This document shows, in pieces, positions 19,013-26,830 of a stretch of DNA of 33,333 nucleotides. The notes under the pieces are model-generated. The model was not told the origin of the DNA. It saw only the letters and a program-made list of their open reading frames with translations, and did not search any database. Position 1 is the stretch's first letter, and every line of letters starts with the position of its first letter. The DNA lies in assembly GCA_023396535.1 (NCBI GenBank), contig JAEWWD010000080.1:1-33333 (forward strand), written 5' to 3'. Source of the DNA: Bacillota bacterium. GTDB taxonomy: Bacteria; Bacillota; Clostridia; Christensenellales; CAG-138. Both the position numbers and the translations under genes were made by a program.

Positions 19013-19293
19013 CCTGAATACCGTCAGGGGGCCGAAACCCTTCCAAGTAATAACGCTGTGACATGAATCTTGCCTCCATCCTAAGATTTTTGGAAGTACT
19101 GCCTGTATTCAGCATACATCCTTGTGATGGGGGTTTTCACGCTCAGAAAAATTCTGATTGCTCATAATGTACAAAGAAAGGCGATGAAAATTGCCTGCCG
19201 GAATGGTACAGCCCTGCTACTCGGGGTATGATTGATTTACTGGACAGGGATACTATATACGTATGAAAATGATTTCAACGGGAGGGAACGCCC

Positions 19294-19482
19294 ATGTCAT
19301 CGGAGAAAACGCCGAACAAGCTGATCAACGAAAAATCCCCCTACCTTCTCCAGCACGCCCATAACCCCGTGGACTGGTACCCGTGGGGCGCGGAGGCGTT
19401 TGAGAAAGCGACGACCGAGGACAAGCCCATATTCCTTTCCATAGGATATTCCACCTGCCATTGGTGCCATGTATCTAAATAG
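19294..19482 (+). pseudogene. Truncated 5' fragment (62 codons) of a yyaL-like thioredoxin-domain gene
   Basis: [62 protein letters not shown]. It duplicates residues ~11-60 of the full-length gene at 21936 and terminates 3 codons after the homology ends. Confidence 0.8.
19330..19472. repeat. Left direct repeat bracketing the AT-rich cassette
   Basis: 19330-19445 is identical to 21969-22084 (116 bp). A 7-nt divergent patch follows (atattcc vs ctacgcg), then 20 more identical nt (19453-19472 = 22092-22111). Confidence 0.9.
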
Positions 19483-19819
19483 AACCAAGGAGATGATATG
19501 TAATTAGTAAACCCACCTCTACAAAATATGAATGCACTAAGTGTGAAGCTAATCTCATATAATATTGACCGACGATGGATTATTTGGCGAGCTTAGCTTA
19601 TAATAAGATTGCTAAAAACATACTCATGCTTGTAATGATCAAAATTAAAGAAATCCCGAAAGAAGAAAAAGAATACAGCAGAAACTGGGTAATTGTTGCG
19701 GTTAACAGATTTTAACTATTAGCTGTAGGAACCGAGCGTAAAGAATTTTTCGAGATGTTTGGCCTATTACTTCTAAATATATGGTAACTATTATTATCGC
19801 TTGATACCTAAAAAAAGAC

Positions 19820-20395
19820 ATGAAACGGGGGATAGAAGTGCCTATTTGTCTGGTTGACTTTTTGGAAGAAGCGAAGACACCATTAAAGAACTTCATTAGA
19901 GATCGCGTGTCTAATGAGGAAGACAGTCAAGATATTCTTCAAGATGTTTTTTTGAAACTAATAAGCAACGTGGATAAATTGATCGACACGCAGAAGGTTC
20001 ATGCTTGGATATATAAGACCGCCAGAAATGCAATCATTGACTACTATCGTAAGAATAATAAGAATTTAGACTATAAGAGCCTACCAGAAGAGCTACCGCT
20101 TATTCTGGATGAAGATTTGACGTCAAATAAAGAAATTGCTTCTTGCCTAAAAAATATGACAGAAAAACTTCCGGAAAAATATAAACAGGCCATTAAAATT
20201 ACAGTTTTTGAGAACCATACCCAAAAGGAATATAGTGAGATGGCTGGAATTTCTCTTTCTGGAGCAAAGTCGCGGGTGCAACGCGCAAGGAATATTCTTA
20301 AGGAAATGGTACTAGGGTGCTGCAGCTTAGAGTTTGACGGTCTGGGCAATATAATTAATTACAAAACAAGAAGCCCAAACTGCAAATACTGTTGA
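19820..20395 (+). CDS. ECF-type RNA polymerase sigma factor, SigZ-like, with a Cys-rich C-terminal extension
   Basis: It has region 2 (DILQDVFLKL...WIYKTARNAIIDYYRK) and region 4 (GISLSGAKSRVQRARNILKE), then CCSLEFDGLGNIINYKTRSPNCKYC, as recalled for the SigZ family (TIGR02959). The true start may be GTG 19838, which has GGGGGA upstream. Confidence 0.8.
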   Translation: MKRGIEVPICLVDFLEEAKTPLKNFIRDRVSNEEDSQDILQDVFLKLISNVDKLIDTQKVHAWIYKTARNAIIDYYRKNNKNLDYKSLPEELPLILDEDLTSNKEIASCLKNMTEKLPEKYKQAIKITVFENHTQKEYSEMAGISLSGAKSRVQRARNILKEMVLGCCSLEFDGLGNIINYKTRSPNCKYC

Positions 20396-20430
20396 TAATT
20401 TTGGTTAAAGATGCGTCCTATTTCGCCTAA

Positions 20431-20467
20431 GTACGTCTTTATAGATAGACGTACTTTTTTTGAGAGG
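20431..20467 (+). terminator. Rho-independent terminator between the sigma gene and arsM
   Basis: aagtacgtc-tttatagata-gacgtactt followed by TTTTTT, ending about 10 nt before the arsM SD. Confidence 0.6.
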
Positions 20468-20478
20468 AGGTGTATCTT

Positions 20479-21294
20479 ATGAAAAACAACAAAGAAAATG
20501 TTCGCAACGCGATTCGTAAAAACTATTCAGAAGTTGCCTTAAATAGCTCTGGAGGGCAACGTTGCAGCTGTGGATGTAGTTGTGAAGGAGCACTGATCGA
20601 TAAGCAAGAAGCGTGTGCGAAATTAGGATATTCTGAAGATGATCTATTAAATGCACCGTCAGAAGCCAATATGGGGTTAGGATGCGGTAATCCTATTGCG
20701 ATCGCAGCACTTAAAGAAGGTGAGACTGTCCTTGACCTTGGGTGCGGCGGAGGTCTTGACTGCTTTCTTGCCAGTCGCCGGGTTGGAGAATCGGGTTATG
20801 TAATTGGTGTTGATATGACACCGGATATGATTGCACTTGCAAGAAGCAATGCTGTAAAGAGCGGATATACGAAAGTTGATTTCAGATTAGGTGAAATTGA
20901 GCATTTGCCTGTTGCGGACGAATCAGTGGATGTTATTATTTCTAACTGTGTGATTAACTTATCTTTAGACAAGGAGCAGGTATTTAAAGAGACATATAGG
21001 GCTTTAAAACCTGGTGGGAGACTATCGATATCGGATGTTGTAGCCACATCAATTATTCCCGAAACAATGAGACGAGATCTGCAGCTCGTTGCATGTTGTA
21101 TTGCCGGTGCTGAGCATGTTGATGTCGTAAGAACGATGCTAAAGAATATGGGGTTCAGTGATATTCGCTTGACACCAAAAGAAAACAGCAGGGAGATTAT
21201 AAAGTCATGGGGGTTCGGTAAAAACATTGAAGACTATGTCGCATCGTTTATTATCGAAGCAAAAAAACCGGGAATCAAGGAAGAAAAAGGATAG
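20479..21294 (+). CDS. arsM: Arsenite S-adenosylmethionine methyltransferase
   Basis: ATG 20479 with SD GAGAGGAGG. It has the SAM motif VLDLGCGGG and the three ArsM catalytic-Cys contexts GLGCGNP, SNCVINL and ACCIAGA, plus an N-terminal CSCGCSC cluster. Confidence 0.85.
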   Translation: MKNNKENVRNAIRKNYSEVALNSSGGQRCSCGCSCEGALIDKQEACAKLGYSEDDLLNAPSEANMGLGCGNPIAIAALKEGETVLDLGCGGGLDCFLASRRVGESGYVIGVDMTPDMIALARSNAVKSGYTKVDFRLGEIEHLPVADESVDVIISNCVINLSLDKEQVFKETYRALKPGGRLSISDVVATSIIPETMRRDLQLVACCIAGAEHVDVVRTMLKNMGFSDIRLTPKENSREIIKSWGFGKNIEDYVASFIIEAKKPGIKEEKG

Positions 21295-21744
21295 ATGATT
21301 ATGACAACGCTTAAAATTGAATGGAGGCACCTTGACGTAGAAGGTGATACTTGTGACCGCTGCTATGATACGGGTGAAAATCTTGCAAATGAAGTAAAAA
21401 GATTAAAAAGGGCTCTTGAGCCTCAGGGTATTGTTATAGAGCTTACCGAGACCAAACTTGATGATAATCAAATCCCGCAATCGAATACCGTACTTTTTAA
21501 CGGAGTTCCCATTGAAGACATACTCGATATAGAAGTTTATGAAAACTATTGCGAATCCTGTACTGCTTTACTGGGAAAAGCAACGCATTGCCGGGCGGTT
21601 AAATTTGAAGGTAACGATTACGATGATATCCCCGCTAAAGCAATCCGCCAGGCGACGTATAAAGCTTTAGGAATAGAAGAAAAAAAGGAAGTATCAAAGA
21701 ATTCCGGTTGTTGCTGTAACGCCGATAGCGGCTGTTGTTGCTAA
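21295..21744 (+). CDS. Small Cys-rich protein, DUF2703-like
   Basis: 149 aa that abuts the arsM stop (TAGATG). It has CDRC and CESC pairs and a C-terminal GCCCNADSGCCC tail. The family assignment is from memory only. Confidence 0.55.
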   Translation: MIMTTLKIEWRHLDVEGDTCDRCYDTGENLANEVKRLKRALEPQGIVIELTETKLDDNQIPQSNTVLFNGVPIEDILDIEVYENYCESCTALLGKATHCRAVKFEGNDYDDIPAKAIRQATYKALGIEEKKEVSKNSGCCCNADSGCCC

Positions 21745-21755
21745 CAAATTACAGA

Positions 21756-21846
21756 ATAACAGTAGGCAGCTGGATGCTGCCTACTGTTATTAATAGGCGA
21801 TCAATCTATAAGTGACGAGCGGGGAATCCCGCTCTTTATTTATTCG
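21756..21846 (+). terminator. Two consecutive terminator hairpins at the end of the cassette genes
   Basis: Hairpin 1: ataacagtaggcagc-tggat-gctgcctactgttat (21756-21790). Hairpin 2: gagcggg-gaat-cccgctc followed by TTTATTTATT (21817-21846). Confidence 0.65.
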
Positions 21847-21935
21847 ATTCTGTAATCATTGCAAACAGCCGTTTGATTCCTGCTTCTCAGGGGGAATATA
21901 ACGCTATACGACCCAACAATCAGAAAGGTAAGCCT

Positions 21936-23966
21936 ATGGAAACTAAGCACGAGAACCGTCTTATTCATGAAAAATCCCCCTACCTTCTCCAGCACGCCCA
22001 TAACCCCGTGGACTGGTACCCGTGGGGCGCGGAGGCGTTTGAGAAAGCGACGACCGAGGACAAGCCCATATTCCTTTCCATAGGCTACGCGACCTGCCAT
22101 TGGTGCCATGTCATGGAACGGGAGTCCTTCGAGGATGAAGAGGTTGCCGCGCTGCTCAACGAAGGCTTTGTCTGCATCAAGGTGGACCGCGAGGAGCGGC
22201 CGGACATCGATTCGGTATATATGGACGTCTGTCAGGCGTTCACCGGGCAGGGCGGATGGCCGCTGACCATCGTGATGACGCCCTCGCAAAAGCCGTTTTT
22301 CGCCGCCACGTATATCCCCAAAGAACAAAGGGGGTCTTACCCCGGCATGCTTAGTCTTCTGCCGGCCTTGCTGGAGCTGTGGCGCACGGACAGATCACGC
22401 GCAGAAAAACAGGGCGAGGCGGCGGCAGACTTCTTGCTGGAGCAGGCGCAAAGCAAGCCGCGCGCGCACGCGCCGGACGAAGGGTTGATCCGCGGCGCGG
22501 CACTGCAGCTTGGCCGCTCCTTCGATGCGCAGTACGGCGGGTTTTCAAATGCGCCTAAATTCCCCATGGCGCACATGCTGCTGCTGTTGCTGCGCTACGC
22601 GCGGCGGACGGGCGAACAATCCGCGCTGAAAATGACGGAGGAGACCCTCGTCCACATGTACCGCGGCGGCATGTTCGACCATATCGGCGGCGGGTTTTCC
22701 CGGTATTCCACCGACAGGCGCTGGCTGGTGCCGCATTTTGAAAAAATGCTCTACGACAACGCGCTGCTGCTGTGGGCGTATACCGAGGCGTACGCAGACA
22801 CGGGTAAGGAGCTGTACGGGTTCATCGCAAAACGCGTCATTTCCTACGTACTGCGCGAGCTGCGCGGCGATACGGGCGGCTTTTTCTGCGGGCAGGACGC
22901 GGACAGCGAAGGAGTGGAGGGCAAATACTACCTCTTTACGCCGCAGGATGTCGATACCGTACTGCCAGGATACGGCGGGCATATCTGCGATTGGTTCGGC
23001 ATCACGCAAGCGGGCAATTTTGAGGGCGGCAGCATCCCCAACCTGCTGCACCATAAACAAACGGATGTGCCGGACGCAGAAACGCAGGCGCAGACCGAGC
23101 GGCTGCTCGCGTACAGGGATACGCGCGTAAAGCCCGCCACCGACGACAAGATATTGACGGCATGGAACGCCCTCATGATAGCAGCGCTGTGCAAGGCTTA
23201 TCGCGCGTTCGGCGATGAAACGTATCTTGATGCCGCGCAAAAGGCGCAGGCCTGCATAGAAAAATACCTCGCCAAGCCAAACGGCGACCTGTTTGTCCGC
23301 TACCGGGACGGCCGCGCCGATCACGACGGGCAGCTTGCGGACTACGCGTTTTACGGCGTCGCGTTGCTGGAGCTGTACGCCGCCACGGCAGACATATCCT
23401 TCCTTACGCGCGCGGCCTATATCGCGCGGCGCATGCTCGCGTTGTTCGGCGACGAGGAGGACGGCGGGCTGTTTGCATATTCCGCGGAAGGGGAACAGCT
23501 CATCTCCCGCCCCAAGGAGACCTACGACGGCGCAATGCCCTCCGGCAATTCCGCCGCGGCAATGCTGCTTGTGCGCCTTTCCCGCCTGACGGCCGACCCG
23601 TATTTTATGGAACAGGCGCGGCAACAGCTCGATTTCGTAGCTTCGCACGCGGCGCAAGCGCCCACGGGGCATTGCTTTGCCCTGCTGGCCGTGGCCGAGT
23701 ATGTATCGCCGGGCGCGGAGCTCGTCGTGGTCGGCCGGGACGAGCACGCCTGGAACAATGAACTCCGCTCCATAGTCCCCGTCAACGCGGATACCGCCGT
23801 GCTGGTCAAAACGCCCTCAACAGCCGAAGCGCTGGACTCTCTCGCGCCCTTTACGTCGTCCTATCCCTTCCCCGATCGGGGCACGGCGTATTACGTCTGC
23901 AAAAACGGCGCCTGCCAGGCGCCGGTATTCGACATCAACGCGTGCAAGACGCTGCTTGCACAGTAA
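21936..23966 (+). CDS. Thioredoxin-domain protein of the YyaL/DUF255 family (N-terminal Trx-like domain plus C-terminal alpha/alpha-toroid)
   Basis: 676 aa from ATG 21936 (SD AAAGG). [25 protein letters not shown]...[24 protein letters not shown]...[11 protein letters not shown] is a hallmark of YyaL-like proteins. The first ~11 codons are AT-rich, like the cassette. Confidence 0.9.
   Translation: METKHENRLIHEKSPYLLQHAHNPVDWYPWGAEAFEKATTEDKPIFLSIGYATCHWCHVMERESFEDEEVAALLNEGFVCIKVDREERPDIDSVYMDVCQAFTGQGGWPLTIVMTPSQKPFFAATYIPKEQRGSYPGMLSLLPALLELWRTDRSRAEKQGEAAADFLLEQAQSKPRAHAPDEGLIRGAALQLGRSFDAQYGGFSNAPKFPMAHMLLLLLRYARRTGEQSALKMTEETLVHMYRGGMFDHIGGGFSRYSTDRRWLVPHFEKMLYDNALLLWAYTEAYADTGKELYGFIAKRVISYVLRELRGDTGGFFCGQDADSEGVEGKYYLFTPQDVDTVLPGYGGHICDWFGITQAGNFEGGSIPNLLHHKQTDVPDAETQAQTERLLAYRDTRVKPATDDKILTAWNALMIAALCKAYRAFGDETYLDAAQKAQACIEKYLAKPNGDLFVRYRDGRADHDGQLADYAFYGVALLELYAATADISFLTRAAYIARRMLALFGDEEDGGLFAYSAEGEQLISRPKETYDGAMPSGNSAAAMLLVRLSRLTADPYFMEQARQQLDFVASHAAQAPTGHCFALLAVAEYVSPGAELVVVGRDEHAWNNELRSIVPVNADTAVLVKTPSTAEALDSLAPFTSSYPFPDRGTAYYVCKNGACQAPVFDINACKTLLAQ
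21969..22111. repeat. Right direct repeat bracketing the AT-rich cassette
   Basis: See the left repeat (19330-19472). Confidence 0.9.
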
Positions 23967-24005
23967 GATTTTTTGCAATGCTAAGACGGCGGTTAACTCG
24001 TTTAA

Positions 24006-24035
24006 AGAAATTCCCTTGGGGAATTTCTTCCTCCA
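24006..24035 (+). terminator. Terminator after the yyaL-like gene
   Basis: agaaattccc-ttg-gggaatttct followed by TCCTCCATTGTT (a moderately T-rich tail). Confidence 0.5.
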
Positions 24036-24091
24036 TTGTTCATTTTACATTTTTCATTGTTCATTGCGCTGCGCGCAAAGCGCGCAGCGCC

Positions 24092-25048
24092 CTACTCCCC
24101 GCGCAGCAGCGTATGCAGCACGCCGTCCATCACCCGACCGTTTTTATACACGCCGCGCCTTTTTACGCCCTCGCGCGTGAAGCCCGCTTTTTCCAGCACA
24201 CGGCAGGAAGCGGAGTTTCCGCTGAACACCTCGGCGTAGATACATTCAATATCAAATGTCGCGAACGCCAGATCGCAAATCTCCCTCACGGCGCGCGGCA
24301 TGATGCCGCGCCCCCAGTACGGCTCGGCCAGCCAGTAGCCGATCTCCGCCGTTTTTTCGTAAACATCGGAGCCCAAAAATACGCCGATGCTGCCTGCCGG
24401 CGCGCCGCCGATTTCTATTGTCCGAATGATGCAGCGGTCGCCGTCCCGGCCCATGCTTCTCTCAATATACTGCTGCGCGTCCGCAAGCGAATATGGGTGG
24501 GGAAACGCATTGCGCAGGTTTTGTGCAATCTTGGGATTGTCCGCAAGCAGCCATATGCGCTCCGCATCCTCCATATGCCAGGGCCGCAGGGTAATCTCAG
24601 GATGCATGTCGTAGCGCATGGGCGTATACAGAATGCCGTTCTGCATCCGTTCCCCGCCCTCCGCGATAAACCCCAGTTTTTCATAAGCGGGCAGGCCGTA
24701 GCGCGAGGCGTTGACGGTGATTGCCGCCGCGCCCGCCGCATCGGCCTTTTTCTTCAGCTCGCTGAACAGCGCGCGCGCAACGCCGGTACGGTGGTGCTCC
24801 GGCGCGACAAACAGCAGGCTGATATGGTCCGCGCCGCGCACCGCCAGGACGCCAACCAGCACCCCCTCCCGCACATAGCCGAATACAGAGCTCATTCCTT
24901 CCACATCCGTGCCGACGAACTGATCTAGAAACTCGTAAAACGTCCGCACTCCTTCCGGCGGGTACTCCGGCGCAACATACGCGTCAAACACGCGCCGAAC
25001 CAGCGACGCGGCCTCGGGCAAATCCGTACGTTCCAGCCTGTGCACCAT
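24092..25048 (-). CDS. Tandem-GNAT N-acetyltransferase (second domain RimJ/RimL-like)
   Basis: Starts MVHRLERTDL at ATG 25048 with SD AGGAGG. There are two acetyl-CoA-binding-like cores (VAPEHHRTGVARALF and LAEPYWGRGIMPRAV). Confidence 0.75.
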   Translation of the reverse strand: MVHRLERTDLPEAASLVRRVFDAYVAPEYPPEGVRTFYEFLDQFVGTDVEGMSSVFGYVREGVLVGVLAVRGADHISLLFVAPEHHRTGVARALFSELKKKADAAGAAAITVNASRYGLPAYEKLGFIAEGGERMQNGILYTPMRYDMHPEITLRPWHMEDAERIWLLADNPKIAQNLRNAFPHPYSLADAQQYIERSMGRDGDRCIIRTIEIGGAPAGSIGVFLGSDVYEKTAEIGYWLAEPYWGRGIMPRAVREICDLAFATFDIECIYAEVFSGNSASCRVLEKAGFTREGVKRRGVYKNGRVMDGVLHTLLRGE

Positions 25049-25130
25049 ACTGCTCGCCTCCTGTTTCTTATCAACATATCTCACAAACAGCCTGTCCGCT
25101 CCGGCGGGGAATCATGGACAGTACCCGCGC

Positions 25131-25412
25131 TCATTGCGCCAGCAGGTAAATGGCTATACCTGCCTGCAGCAGGCAGAAAAGAGGTACCAATATCCGAAAA
25201 AGCGTATGTCTGGTTTTATGCCGGAACAGCAGCATGCCCAACAGCGCGCCCAAAGCGCCGAACAGCGCCGCCGCAAGCAGCAGCGTGCGCTCCTTTATTC
25301 TCCACTCCCCGCGCTGCGCGCGCCGCTTATCCGCACCGTAGAGAGCGAACGTACCTATATTATAAAGTATGAAAGCCGCAAATAAAAACAGGGCAAACCC
25401 GCTCAGCCGCAT
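25131..25412 (-). CDS. DUF1294 membrane protein
   Basis: 93 aa. The pattern YGADKRRAQRGEWRIKERTL...GALGALLGMLLFRHKTRH is typical of DUF1294. Confidence 0.75.
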   Translation of the reverse strand: MRLSGFALFLFAAFILYNIGTFALYGADKRRAQRGEWRIKERTLLLAAALFGALGALLGMLLFRHKTRHTLFRILVPLFCLLQAGIAIYLLAQ

Positions 25413-25588
25413 ATATTCCCTCCCGCATGGCGACGCTTTTTTGTATCATATCATGAACGCCGTTTATGAAAAAGCGCACATCGTTTCTTTGTCAAACATC
25501 CCGCCTGTTGCGCGGCATGTTTTGGGCCGGACGGAACGGGGTATAGTAAGCCTGAGCAATATCCCTAACGGGCTAAGGAGGGCGCTTT

Positions 25589-26542
25589 ATGGCTGTTATC
25601 TATTTGGCTGGCGGCTGCTTCTGGGGGCTGCAAAAATATATCGGCGAAATTCCCGGCGTGCTGAATACCATGGTTGGCTACGCGAACGGCGGTACGCAGA
25701 ATCCCAGTTATGAGGAGGTCTGCACAGGCTCCGGCCATACGGAAACCGTACGCGTGGAATACGACGCCGAAAAGCTGCCCCTCGCCTTTTTGCTGGAGCT
25801 CTTTTTCGAGGTCATAGACCCGCTTTCCGTCAACAAACAGGGGCACGACGTCGGCGTGCAGTACCGCACGGGCATTTATTATGAAAACGAAGCCGACCGG
25901 CCTGTCATTGAACAGGCGCTTGCCGGTTTGTCCCATCGTCTGGGCCGGCCCGTCGCCGTCGAATGTGCGCCGCTTCTTCAGTTCTTCCCGGCGGAAAACT
26001 ATCATCAGGATTATCTGGACAAACATCCCACGGGATACTGCCACATCAGCCGCGACAAAATCAAACAGGCGAAGTACGCGCGCGTGGACCCTGCGCGCTA
26101 CGCGGCGCAGGAAGAATCGGCGCTCAAACAAACGCTCTCCCCTTTGCAGTACGAGGTTACGCAGCACGCCGCCACGGAACCGCCCTTTCAGAACGAATTT
26201 CACGACGATTTCCGCGAGGGCATTTACGTGGACGTCACGACGGGCGAGCCGTTGTTCTCCTCTACAGATAAATTTCAATCCGGCTGCGGCTGGCCCAGTT
26301 TCAGCAAGCCCATCGATCCCTTCACGGTGCGCGAACGCCGGGATAATTCCTTCGGTATGCGGCGCACGGAAGTAAGAAGCCGCGTCGGGGATGCGCATCT
26401 GGGACATGTATTTCCGGACGGACCGCGCCAGGCGGGAGGGCTCCGGTACTGTATCAACAGCGCCGCACTGCGCTTTATTCCAAAAGACGACATGGAGCGC
26501 GAGGGGTACGGCGAATATCGTTCGTTTTTTACAAAAGCATAA
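25589..26542 (+). CDS. msrAB: Bifunctional peptide-methionine sulfoxide reductase MsrA/MsrB
   Basis: 317 aa with the MsrA motif GGCFWG, MsrB CGWPSF and RYCINS, and SD AAGGAGGG. Confidence 0.95.
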   Translation: MAVIYLAGGCFWGLQKYIGEIPGVLNTMVGYANGGTQNPSYEEVCTGSGHTETVRVEYDAEKLPLAFLLELFFEVIDPLSVNKQGHDVGVQYRTGIYYENEADRPVIEQALAGLSHRLGRPVAVECAPLLQFFPAENYHQDYLDKHPTGYCHISRDKIKQAKYARVDPARYAAQEESALKQTLSPLQYEVTQHAATEPPFQNEFHDDFREGIYVDVTTGEPLFSSTDKFQSGCGWPSFSKPIDPFTVRERRDNSFGMRRTEVRSRVGDAHLGHVFPDGPRQAGGLRYCINSAALRFIPKDDMEREGYGEYRSFFTKA

Positions 26543-26574
26543 CCCGAAATTTGCAGAAATTTGAAAAAAATTGA

Positions 26575-26603
26575 TTGACAAGCTTGTCCACACAGTATAT
26601 ATT
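26575..26603 (+). promoter_or_regulatory. Strong candidate sigma-A promoter, TTGACA-N17-TATATT
   Basis: TTGACA at 26575-26580 and TATATT at 26598-26603, about 20 nt upstream of riboswitch aptamer 1. Confidence 0.55.
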
Positions 26604-26621
26604 AATTTGTACCAGATAGGG

Positions 26622-26703
26622 TGAAAAAGGCAAAGTCGGTGAAAGCCGGCGGCGCAAAGCTACAGGGCCTACCGGTCAATGCGACCCAGGGCAGCCAGTT
26701 GCC
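26622..26703 (+). promoter_or_regulatory. c-di-GMP-I (GEMM-I) riboswitch aptamer 1
   Basis: aaGGCAAAgucgg-UGAAAG-ccggcgGCGCAAAGCuaCAGGGCCuaccggucaaugcgacccaGGGCAGCCAGUUGCC. It matches the remembered GEMM-I blocks: GGCAAA, a GNRA-type capped hairpin, RCGCAAAGC, and CAGCCRGYUGCC. Confidence 0.8.
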
Positions 26704-26747
26704 AAACCGCTTGGTGCAGGATAATTTGCCTGTGCTGTATTAAGCGT

Positions 26748-26789
26748 AACCGCAACTGACCAAGGGTCGGCTGCGGTTTATTTATTTCT
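26748..26789 (+). terminator. Intrinsic terminator (expression platform of aptamer 1)
   Basis: aaccgcaactgacc-aagg-ggtcggctgcggtt followed by TATTTATTTCT. The 5' arm gcaactg is complementary to the aptamer 3' strand cagttgc (26696-26702). Confidence 0.7.
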
Positions 26790-26830
26790 ATTCGGAAACA
26801 CGCGTTAAGTTGTGCGGAAGGAGGGGCGGT

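Larger units (their letters stand above)
19446..21968. mobile_element. AT-rich horizontally acquired cassette (no recombinase gene) inserted in the 5' end of the yyaL-like gene
   Basis: There is an abrupt composition change: hand counts give 19/60 and 23/60 GC on lines 19501 and 20881, against 39/60 on line 22381. It is bracketed by the direct repeats and carries its own terminators and gene set. Confidence 0.65.

Noticed and set aside
19297-19488. Minus-strand ORFs at 19297-19488 and 21840-22328 share an identical ~45-aa peptide ([37 protein letters not shown]).
   Set aside because: The identity is a by-product of the 116/143-bp direct repeat. Both ORFs are antisense to the yyaL-like coding sequence.
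19483-19819. A search of the cassette's 337-bp AT-rich left arm, and of the whole cassette, for an integrase or transposase remnant, terminal inverted repeats or an att-like core. A GGAAC-N18-CGAGA string at ~19728-19755 was also considered as an ECF-type autoregulatory promoter.
   Set aside because: No ORF with recombinase motifs and no inverted termini were found. The ECF-like string has non-canonical spacing and an atypical -10, so it cannot be supported without data.
24066-24090. Perfect GC palindrome gcgctgcgcgc-aaa-gcgcgcagcgc abutting the tandem-GNAT stop, considered as a terminator. Two cattgttcatt direct repeats lie nearby at 24034-24065.
   Set aside because: There is no U-tract on either strand after the stem. 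It may still pause polymerase or stabilise the mRNA, but calling it a terminator is unsupported. The 11-nt direct repeats are too short to interpret.
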